Of a stretch of DNA of 64,000 nt, positions 33,970 through 43,177 are shown piece after piece. Both the position numbers and the translations under genes were made by a program. How positions within the stretch are numbered: position 1 is the first letter of the stretch; each line of letters opens with the position of its first letter. A model generated the notes under the pieces. It was not told the origin of the DNA. It worked only from the letters and a program-made list of their open reading frames with translations, and ran no database searches. The stretch is from Dudresnaya verticillata (taxonomy: Eukaryota): NCBI GenBank assembly GCA_977862235.1, contig OZ374564.1:186001-250000 (forward strand), written 5' to 3'.

Positions 33970-35103
33970 ATGTTCCCCAGCCAAGATGATATTGACGCTG
34001 CTATCGTAGAACTTTCAGAGTATGAGATATATTCGATTGGTGCCCACGAGGAAGACATTGATGCGGCGATGGAGGAAATCGCAATTGATAACGTTTGCAG
34101 TACCAATGACTACGGCTATGACTGCGATTATAGTGTTGACTCTGAAGCAGAGGGCATCACAAGTTCTAGCATGTCTTCGGTTCAAAGGGATGGTAAATCC
34201 ACTCTTATTGCGAATGGAAGAGGAAATTCTAGGAATTCTCTCTCTGGAGAGCTCTTGGAAATTGCTGAACTGGGGGAGCGGTACCGATTGCTTGCCCGCT
34301 TGCATATGCAGAAGAAAACCAGCGGCATTGAAAAAGCGAGAGAGGAAGCCTTGGCTGAGACAGGAGATATTATGCAGCAGGTCTCATATCTTGGGCAATG
34401 TGCCTATACCTGTGGAAAGAAGTTGCTTGAGGACATGATAGTATGGCAGGAGAAGATGCATTCTCAAATTAACCAGGGGTTAGAGACTGCTGAGCTCGCA
34501 AGAATTTGTAATGAAGATAGTTGCAGGCTATCCAGAAGTCTTCATTCAGAAGAAAATTCTTTCGATGAAGTCGTGTTGCAAACATCTGCTGATATGCACA
34601 ACTGGGTTTCAGAAACAGAGGAGTTGGCAGTGTGTCTCTTGGAGGCTGAAGAAAACATCCGAAATCTCGAAGAAATCAGGGAACGGTTTGAATCCATGGA
34701 GTCGGCGAGGAAGTCGAGAGCGAGGAAAAGCGAGCATTCTTCAGACAGCAAGCAAGGTCATCAAACGTTGTTAGGCAGAAATGAAACTGCAGATGAAGTT
34801 GCAAAGGGTCTGAGTATCGCTTGCGATCGGCGTCGAAGGCCAGGGCACAAAAGCGAGCTTGGCGTGGTCAATCCGTGGTATTCCACGGCCCGTGATGACC
34901 ACACCAAATCGCCTTGGACCACGGCCTCGTTGTCTTTGGGTAAACAGGACAACGTTGGCCAGTGCCGCCTGGGTGACCACTCTACTTCAGCAGGAAAGCC
35001 AAGCACTATAAGGGGCTGGAGCAATATTCGATGGCAATCGCATGTGATGAAGCTTGGGACAGTGCTTGCGTCGGTTTTGACGGAATCGATGGCTGGAGCT
35101 TAG
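33970..35103 (+). CDS. Hypothetical acidic/coiled-coil protein
   Basis: 377-aa ATG-initiated ORF in lower-GC DNA where long chance ORFs are unlikely; heptad-like E/K/L-rich centre; no recognised motif. Confidence 0.55.
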   Translation: MFPSQDDIDAAIVELSEYEIYSIGAHEEDIDAAMEEIAIDNVCSTNDYGYDCDYSVDSEAEGITSSSMSSVQRDGKSTLIANGRGNSRNSLSGELLEIAELGERYRLLARLHMQKKTSGIEKAREEALAETGDIMQQVSYLGQCAYTCGKKLLEDMIVWQEKMHSQINQGLETAELARICNEDSCRLSRSLHSEENSFDEVVLQTSADMHNWVSETEELAVCLLEAEENIRNLEEIRERFESMESARKSRARKSEHSSDSKQGHQTLLGRNETADEVAKGLSIACDRRRRPGHKSELGVVNPWYSTARDDHTKSPWTTASLSLGKQDNVGQCRLGDHSTSAGKPSTIRGWSNIRWQSHVMKLGTVLASVLTESMAGA

Positions 35104-35566
35104 ATCTGGAAAGCAGGTGCCTGTGTTCTGCGTCGCTGGAGAAAGATAACCCGCATACCTACTGATTTTCTGTGCTGTCTCGGAAACTGGCAACTAAAGC
35201 GCGGGTGGAGTCTCACGGAGTTTTATGGTTCAAGCCAGAAAGCTTGAATTACAAACACCACACTGCTTTAAAAGGCATTCCGGGTCACCCGGGTCACGCC
35301 TAGAGAGCGACGCTCAACCCCCCTTTTTTTTTGAACCGGTAAGGGCACATTTTCTATGGATTTTCGAACACCAGCCATCTTGGCCGACCGAGGTTGAACC
35401 GCCCCGAAAGAACGCTTGTGTCCTCCCGCCCTTCCTTGGCTATTTGAACATCAAGAACTTGAGCGTCGTGCTGACCCTGACTTGTGTCTTCAGTCTGGTA
35501 CGAGTGCTGCCCTCCTTCCTCCATTTCCGCTTCGTGTCAAGCGGCCTGGATTTGGACTTCATCGCC

Positions 35567-37297
35567 ATGGTGTCAGGGCGTTCCATCGCGGTTGGAATCA
35601 CCGAATCGCGGCATGCTGACTCGGATCAAGTCAAGGCTCTCCATGTCGCTGCAGGTACGAAAGCGGAGCGTTATGCGACATTGGGAATGTACCAGATCGG
35701 GCGCTTCTTTGCCGACAAGGCCGCAGGTTTCTCCCGTTCCCCTGAAGATGTGCTGAAGCACGCACGACTCTTCGCGTCAACAGGCCATGATCGACGCGCG
35801 CTTCACTTACTGCAGATGCATGGCCTTCATGAAACAAAGTCGGCAGCCCGCCTGCTTGCTGCTCAGTGCCTTTTCAGGCTAGGCGAATTGGAAGAGTGCT
35901 TGAGCATACTTGGCGGAGACGATGCTGATGCAACTGCGCTGGGCCAGGGAAACCGCAACAAGACAGGTGATGCCATTGACACTGGGCTCTCTGGACTCTC
36001 AATTGAGGGGGAGGACTTGGAAAACGGCAATGAGATCCGAGCATCTCTTTGCGTTCTTCGGGCGATGGTCTACGAGAAGATGGAAAACGCGACTCGCGCT
36101 TTGCTTTGGTACAAGCGCGCTCTGCGATGCGACCTCTACTGCATCGCAGCGTTCAATGCGATTTGCGACTCGGGGCTGTTTTCTAAAAAGGAAGCCAGTG
36201 ACTTCATATGGGAGATTACGAGCGATATCGACGACGAGGAGGAATCACCAGATTTGCGTGCTTGGCTTGTTGCATACTACAAGGGTAGCATGAACAGTGC
36301 CCGGCAACTACCTAATGCCCCCGTTGGAATCGAAACTAACATCGATGTATTGGCTGTTCAGGCTCGACGCAAGTTCGATGCACTGGATTTTGCTGGTTGT
36401 GTCAAGATTTGCAGATCCATCTTGAAGCAGGACCCTTATATTGACGAATCCATTCTTCAGACCTACCTAGCAGCACTTGCGGAGCTTGACGAGCGACACG
36501 AACTCTTTGTAACTGCGCACGGCCTCGTAGACAGAGAACCGCGCAATGCCGTGAGTTGGATGGCTGTGGGATACTACTACTTCGCTTGTGGGAAGCCAGA
36601 AGTTGCACGCCGTTTTCTGCATAAGGCAACTTCGCTCAATGCGCGACTGGCGCCAGCGTGGATAGCCTTTGGGCACGCTTTCGGTGCTCAGGATGAGAGT
36701 GACCAAGCCATGGCCTCATATCGAACAGCCTCGCGATTGTTTCCGGGTGCACAGCTGCCAATGTTGTTTATGGGTATGGAATATGCTAGGCAGAACAGCC
36801 TTGGGCATGCATCCATGTTGTTCCAGAGTGCGCTGGAGGCATGTCCATCAGACCCAGCGCCACGGCATGAACTTGGGGTAGTTGCATACCGCATGGGTGA
36901 TATGCCTCGCGCAGTGGCGTACTTCAAGGCTGCGTTATCACTATGGGAAGCTAGTGACGGCACGCGAGAAGTGTCCTCGTCGAGGGGAAGACGGGCTGAG
37001 GCGGAAGAAGCTACACTATACAATCTCGGACATAGTTACCGCCGACTCCGTGAGTTTCAGCGCGCAAGGCGATGCTACGAACGAGCGTTAGGTCTCAAGC
37101 CTGAATCTCCCACAACCTGCATGGCTCTGGGTATGACGTTGCATGCGATGGGAGACTTGGAAGGAGCTGTTGCAATGTATCATCGGGCATTGCGGCATAA
37201 TCCCGAAGATGCAAACTGTAGTGAACTGCTGGAACGGGCGCTCTGCGATATGTTCAGCCCAAGTTCTTCCCGGGCGTTACTGTATCCGGTCAAGTAA
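35567..37297 (+). CDS. CDC16: Anaphase-promoting complex subunit 6 (CDC16), TPR protein
   Basis: FFADK, AVSWMAVGYYY, ARRF..KAT, AWIAFGHAF...ESDQAMASYRTASRLFPG, HELGVVAY, NLGHSYRRL. Start chosen at ATG 35567. Confidence 0.9.
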   Translation: MVSGRSIAVGITESRHADSDQVKALHVAAGTKAERYATLGMYQIGRFFADKAAGFSRSPEDVLKHARLFASTGHDRRALHLLQMHGLHETKSAARLLAAQCLFRLGELEECLSILGGDDADATALGQGNRNKTGDAIDTGLSGLSIEGEDLENGNEIRASLCVLRAMVYEKMENATRALLWYKRALRCDLYCIAAFNAICDSGLFSKKEASDFIWEITSDIDDEEESPDLRAWLVAYYKGSMNSARQLPNAPVGIETNIDVLAVQARRKFDALDFAGCVKICRSILKQDPYIDESILQTYLAALAELDERHELFVTAHGLVDREPRNAVSWMAVGYYYFACGKPEVARRFLHKATSLNARLAPAWIAFGHAFGAQDESDQAMASYRTASRLFPGAQLPMLFMGMEYARQNSLGHASMLFQSALEACPSDPAPRHELGVVAYRMGDMPRAVAYFKAALSLWEASDGTREVSSSRGRRAEAEEATLYNLGHSYRRLREFQRARRCYERALGLKPESPTTCMALGMTLHAMGDLEGAVAMYHRALRHNPEDANCSELLERALCDMFSPSSSRALLYPVK

Positions 37298-37685
37298 GGT
37301 GCAACCCGACAAAACGACTTTTTGGCTCACGCCTGCAACTGGTCGTTAGAAGTCTGAAGCAACTTATCATGCTGCACCAAGCTTTGTTCCAAGCATGTTA
37401 AGTCGGCGAGTCGTTTAGTTCAAACAGCGTTGGCCAAGCGTTTCTGGAAGGTGAAAGTCAATGTGGGACATAGGCAACATTGGAATGGCAACATTCTATG
37501 CAGGGATTCAGAGCTGGGGAAAATTCACGGTGGGCGCTCTGCTGAAGTGCTGGGAAGTGTAAATAACATTGTAAAGTTAACAGGAGGCCTGATCATGGCC
37601 TTGTGCTGATGTTAGTTCTGAAGGTTGTGTGCCCTCCATATGTAGTACATTCCAGTCACGAATTCTCTTCTCCATACCTAGAATG

Positions 37686-38549
37686 CTACGAAGGGATGAC
37701 ATCTGCGAAGATAGGGCTCTGCGGCATAACGTTATAGACCTCAGCGAACTGCTGGCGTCTCTTCAAGACAGTTTTCTTCGACTCGGCTTCAACGCGATCG
37801 AGCTCCTTCTTCACAACAGCATCCCCAGGGTACAGGAAATGCGCTTCGCGAAGATCCGCCAAAGCACGAACAAACATATCCATCTCCACAAGTGCGAGTG
37901 CTCTTCTGTAAAGTGCTTTTGCATTCCCCGGGCTCAAGTCCAGGACAGCATCGCACTGCATGACTGCTGGTCCCCACTCTGAGGTGCGCAGCGCGCAAAG
38001 CGCAAGGTTGCTCCGAATGCGCGCTTCAACGTCTTTGTCGCCACCTGCGCGGCGGACAAAATCCAGAGCTCGATTATACGTCAGTGCCGCTTTCTTGTAA
38101 GCCTTGAAGTCTTTCGCCGCTTTGAATGCTTCGTTGCCGGACACGCGCAGCTTCTCGGCTTCTTGCAGAAGCGACTGGCGTGTTAGGGCGATGTCCTCCG
38201 GATGTTTTGGCTGCGTCAACGCCTCTAGAGTCACCGTGCCCTGATTTTCGACTTCGACCGATTGCTGCCGGCGCAGGCCCCGCACTGCAGAATCGAGCCA
38301 CGGCTGCGCCTGGTTCGCGCCTATAACAAAGCAGAGTTTCGTAGAAATGTTCTTCTTCGTTACGGAGACTGAGTCGGGACGCACATGATAGATGTTAGAA
38401 ATGACAGAGCTGATGGAACCGTAAGCAAAAGTATTGTGTGCCTATGGCTTACCTGTTACCGCGCAACCTGGTTCACCTATGAGGGGTGCGATGGCCGGGG
38501 CCGTATGGGCATCATTGCTAGCGTCATTAGCAGGCGGAACCGAGCTCAT
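37686..38549 (-). CDS. TPR co-chaperone with degenerate FKBP-like N-terminus (exons 38549-38453 and 38368-37686)
   Basis: TPR motifs GNEAFK, SNLALCAL, NAKALYRRALA. Splicing joins MSSVPP...PGCAVTV in frame with SVTKKN..FVIG....WLDSAV (780 nt, 259 aa). Confidence 0.75.
38369..38452 (-). other. Predicted spliceosomal intron (84 nt)
   Basis: Minus strand GTAAGC donor, TTCTAAC branch site, CTCAG acceptor; removal deletes an in-frame TAG and restores an ATG start. Confidence 0.75.
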
Positions 38550-38964
38550 GGCCCTCTGCTCGTGGGGCCTGCTTCAGTAGCTCGGCGCTGGATGGGAGGC
38601 AAGGTTTATGTGGCTGCAGCAACCAAGAACTCTCCGTTGCGGGACGATGTGTCTGGCGAAAAGAAGAGGGCGTGGGGCGGATCAAGACACACATGACAGC
38701 GCAGTTCGCTCGATTTTCTTCCTTGATCCCTAAATCCAATCATCCAATGGCCGCAATTGGTCTCCATCCAAAAAGAAGACAACAACGCCTTTCTGTTCCA
38801 CTTTCGATTTCGGCTTCATTTCGGGCGCTGGTGCCTCGCCTTACTATCAGCTGTTTCAACAGTCTTGCGCAATTGCGTCCAACCTCAAGAGACACCTGAG
38901 CCGGCCTCCCCAACCACCGAACCGTGTTGCTCCTCCATCGGGTGACAAGAAGGGCGCAACTAGG

Positions 38965-40474
38965 ATGTCGCCCGACTTTTCAGTGGGGTTGGAGGAGGCG
39001 CTTGACGCGGTTCTGCGAGAGGGACACATCTCAAGCGACGTGGTGCGACGAGCGACCGACCAGGAGCTTCGGCATTTATTGCCGCTACTGTTGTGCGCGC
39101 GACCGCCATCGGACGTAATTATCGCTCTGCGCGACCGTGTGCGTTTCTCGAGAACACTCAAGCTCCGTCTCCAGCTTCTCCGTGCTCATCCCGCGTTTAA
39201 CGAGATCCCGTGTCGCAGACGGTTCTCTTCTTTTGCGTATGAACGCTACGGTGCGCGACAGGGACGTGCTGATGTTTGGAAACAGAGCGCTGAGGAAGCG
39301 AATGAGAATGAGAGTGTGTTTGATGACGGGTCCAAGGAGGAGGCCTTGACTTTTTTTGTCGATACGGTAAGTGGAAACAAGTCATCGGGCATAGCGCGAG
39401 TGCTTGCACTATTGATTGTGATTGATTGCGTTTTTCAACGAGTGTGCTAACCGAGAGTAAGGAATGTACTAATGGTCGCATTGCGCGAAGTAGGTGGACC
39501 TACAAAGTGAGAGCTTCTTCAAGGATTCGGTGTTTAGGCAAATAGGCAAAGTGCAAGGCATGTTTGGGCATGAAGTAGTGATTCACCCGTTTTCCGAACA
39601 AGAAAAAGAAGCAGTGCTATCTGCCATCCCACTGTCTCCAGAATCAGAAGCGCCCCCAGAAGAAGACGTCGAGCGCGATGTGGTACACACTGGTTGTGTG
39701 AAGCAAATACAAGGGATGCACATGCTTACGCTTTCGCGGCTAACACCTGCAGCGGAAACGCTAATCAACGAAGCGGCATTAGAAGCAGTGGGACCGCAGG
39801 TGGTGCTACACGAAGACGGAGACGCGCTACGGACGGTTGCAATGCAGATGCTGTTGCGAGTGTTCAATGCGGCATGGGGGGCTCCGTCACGGCAGTTCCC
39901 AGACGACGCGGCTGCGCCGTTCTGCGTGGCTGTGGACGTGGTGCCGACGGCGGGCGGACGGAGGCTAGAATGTGCGGTGTGTAAGGGGGCGGCGATACGG
40001 GAGTTCAGCTTTGACTACTGGCGGTACACTAAGGGGCTGAACCCGGTGGTGGCGGACACACTGATGCGGTCGGCGGCAGGGCTGTACACGGCGGCGTTTG
40101 TTTGCGGGCTGCAGGACCGAAATGGGGAGGACGTGGGGGTGGCGAACGGGAACGCAATGTACTTTCGCGGGATGCGTGGGGCTTTCGAGGTGCACACGGT
40201 GGGGTCTGCGCCGCACGTGACGGTGCCCAAGCAGATGCGAGACGCGTTCCGCGAGCTGGGGATCTGGGACGCGTTCCGGGATACGAGCGTGCGGGCATAC
40301 GCAGTGCTGCGGGAACGGTACGCCGACGTGTTTCGAGTGGTGTTCGACCTGTTCCGCGTGGCGGGGGTGTCGAAGGAGCGGATTTTGGGGCAACTGCAGA
40401 CGAGACATAGCCTGAACCTCGGCGAGAGGGACCGGGTGCTCGTGGACGCTCACTTCCGAAGGTGGTTGGGCTGA
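38965..40474 (+). CDS. PI3/PI4-kinase-like protein, probable pseudokinase (exons 38965-39366 and 39494-40474)
   Basis: DQELRHLLPLL (helical-domain-like), GDALRTVAMQMLLRVFNAAW (DDLRQD region), RSAAGLYTAAFVCGLQDR (SCAGY..TYILG.GDR), RAYAVLRE. Start codon uncertain. Confidence 0.75.
39367..39493 (+). other. Predicted spliceosomal intron (127 nt, phase 0)
   Basis: GTAAGT donor at 39367, TACTAAT at 39467, TAG acceptor at 39493; joins ORFs 38965 and 39494 in frame. Confidence 0.8.
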
Positions 40475-40921
40475 GTGGTTAGTGTAAGACGTCCGTGTTG
40501 ATGTCTGCCGGCGCGGATTGTTTGCTGCAACGTGTCGCGAATACATGTCATCGCCCGCATTACAGAGATATTCATATCTCGCCGCGTCTTACACGCACGC
40601 GCGCAATCTCACCGCCGCGCCCACCGCAGCCTTCGTGTGGCCCACGCCGCGGCGCAGCGAGCCGCCCTCTCAGATACCCTCGTGCTCGCCCCCGCATGCA
40701 GGCGCCGTTTCATCAGCAAACGCCTCCCACTCGTCTTAGCCCCGCCGGTTGGTCACCGTCAGCGCCGCTTCGCTTCGGAATCTTCGTCCCCTCGCAGTCG
40801 CACCCCCCCCCCCCCCCCCCCATCCCGAACCCCGTTCCCCTCCCCGCTCACCCGCTCACCCTCCCGCCCGCGCCGCCCGCGCCGCCCGCCCGCCGCGCTC
40901 CCTCCGGTCCGCCCCGACGCC

Positions 40922-41968
40922 ATGGACGAGCAGGTTGTGCCGACCTTCGCGCCCGCGCCCGCGCCCCCGGCCTCGGTCCCCGAGCCGGCTCTGCGCCGCT
41001 CGTCCACCGTCCCGACACACCTCAGCGCCCTCGTCCCGTCCGCCCCGCCGCCGTCGCGCCCGGCCGCCGCCGCCGCCGCCGCCGCCGCCGTCCCAAACCC
41101 GCTCTCGCCCGCCGCAGAGTTCCCCGGCAAGCCCCGCTGGGAGACCCCGCTGCGCGCCCGCAGGCAACGCGAGGCATGGAAGGGCGCGCGCGAGCTCGGC
41201 CTGCACGTGTGCGTCCGCTCGGCCTCGGCACACGGTGTCGGTGCCGTCGTGCGCGCCTCAGTCGCCGACGTCGTCACCGCCTACGTCGGGCCCACCTTGC
41301 CGCGTGCCACCGTCGAGAAGTGGCTCTGTCTGCTGTGCGAGTATCTCGAGCTCAACGCCGACGAGCAGGTCCTTGTTGTGTGCTTGCTGCGTAGGTACGT
41401 CAAGCGCGGCGGCCGCTTCGTCGGCCGTGGCGACTGGGCCCGCCCGCAGCGCTGGGAGTGCGTTGTCGCCGTTGCATGCTACCTCGCCGTCCTTCTCACC
41501 GAAGAGTTCCCCGGCCGCACCGCCATGGACCTACGCGAGCTCCTGGGCCCCAACTTCCGCTTCGGCTCGGAGCAGATCTCGTTCCTCAAGGTGGTCGACT
41601 GGCGCATCTCGGTCGACTCTGCGGACTTTAAGGAGGTTAAGGATACATGCGAGGCTGTACTTGCGGGCGACCAGGCTGCGCGTCGCCGCATGAATGAGTG
41701 GTTCCAGGTCGACCGCGCCATTGTCGACCGCAAGCGCCGCGCTGCGGAAGAGGCTGCTGCTGCGGCAGCTGCGTCTGCCGCTGCCGCTGCAGTCGCCATG
41801 GCCGCGCCACCGATCGTAGGCAAGAAGCGCGCCTTTGCTACGATCGCACCTGCTGACGACTCGGTCGTCCCCAGGGTGGTTGTCCGCAGGCTCGATGCGC
41901 ATCATGCCATCCCTGCTGCCACCGTACCGCTGGTGCCGACCGTGCCAACCGTGCCGCACATCTGGTAG
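40922..41968 (+). CDS. Divergent cyclin-fold protein (PHO80/P-U-type cyclin-like)
   Basis: Helical pattern EQVLVVCLLRRY ... VVAVACYLAV..TEE ... EQISFLKVVDWRISV resembles the cyclin box end (E..FL..ldf.l.V). ATG 40922, strong GC3 bias. Confidence 0.6.
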   Translation: MDEQVVPTFAPAPAPPASVPEPALRRSSTVPTHLSALVPSAPPPSRPAAAAAAAAAVPNPLSPAAEFPGKPRWETPLRARRQREAWKGARELGLHVCVRSASAHGVGAVVRASVADVVTAYVGPTLPRATVEKWLCLLCEYLELNADEQVLVVCLLRRYVKRGGRFVGRGDWARPQRWECVVAVACYLAVLLTEEFPGRTAMDLRELLGPNFRFGSEQISFLKVVDWRISVDSADFKEVKDTCEAVLAGDQAARRRMNEWFQVDRAIVDRKRRAAEEAAAAAAASAAAAAVAMAAPPIVGKKRAFATIAPADDSVVPRVVVRRLDAHHAIPAATVPLVPTVPTVPHIW

Positions 41969-43177
41969 GCGCGCTATGTTGTGCTGCGCTGCAATACTGG
42001 TTTGTGTGTTGGGGTTGCGTGAGGAAAGGCCTTCCGGTTCCGGTGCACGAGAGGGTATTGCGTGCACGTCGTGTCCATAATATTTCATTCTGTATGGTTG
42101 TGTCGAGGACTTGCATCTCGGCAGATGGAAAAGAGTTTGCGTAACGAAAAGCTGGATCGCATGGTGTGTGTGTGTGTGTCTGTCCGTGTGTTTGTATGGG
42201 AGAAGGATTGTGTGTGTATGCACTATGATTCCGGGTCACTCTGCTAAGGGTTCTATTTGTCTGTATCCTACGCTATCGGATAACGGCTTTGTTGTTGCTG
42301 AAGGCACCGATGGCTGAGAAACGCCTTGAGAAACGTCTTGTGTTGTGTGCAGTCTCTTAACTGCGTGTTTTTCGGTTAATCTGTATTACTTGTCGTCGAG
42401 CCTAACGCGTATTTTGCCGGGTGGCAAACGTTTTCTCTGCTAAACAAACATTTCTTCTGGGGAAACACACATAGACCCGGGCGGCTCGTGATTGGCACCA
42501 CTGCGACATGCTGACCGTCGTGTGATGATATCGACAGGTCGCGAAGTGCAGAGCGAAGCCACGCAGGCTGTGATTGCAATGCGCGCAGACCGGGCGTTTG
42601 CGTTCCGATATACGCGGAGGCGGACGTGCTGCTCTGTTGGCAAAAGAAGGGAGCGCGCTAAGGCTGCGAAAACGAAGAGACTCTCTCTGTGATGCACTTT
42701 TAATCCCTGATTGAAGTAGAAGCGGTGAAACGCGAAAGGCATTTTGCAAAACTTGTGATTCTCTGTCCGTCAATACTGACTACGTGTGTATGCAAAAGTC
42801 GAGCATATCGACACTTCGGTTGCGTGATCTGCAAAGGACGCGCCGCACCCGTCGGCTTTTGGTTGAGCTTTCGGTTTGGGTTGTCAAGTGAGTCTTGCAT
42901 GTAGCTTGAGCATTGCGGTATCCCGCTGGGCTTTCTGGAGACGGTTCTATTGAAAGAAAGACCGGCAGTCCACACATTTGTCAGCTTTCTTCCACTTGAA
43001 CTTTCTGTACACCTCAGGTGATCTGAGGGTAAAGAACATATCTCACACTTGAAATGTTTTCGCCAGACAGGATCCGTAGACTCTGGAGAGTTTGTGCGGG
43101 CATCGAGCGTTCCTTTACTACGACACCGCTACTTCCATTGTGGGGTCAAACGTTAGATAGCTTGTCGTCATTTGTCG

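Noticed and set aside
39446..39493. Nested intron or 1-nt microexon (GCTAAC..GAG A GTAAGG)
   Set aside because: It would shift the reading frame; the single 127-nt intron explains the gene.
14331..41968. Cell-cycle gene cluster (RBR, CDC16, cyclin-like)
   Set aside because: Interspersed with unrelated genes over 27 kb; chance proximity in a compact genome is sufficient.
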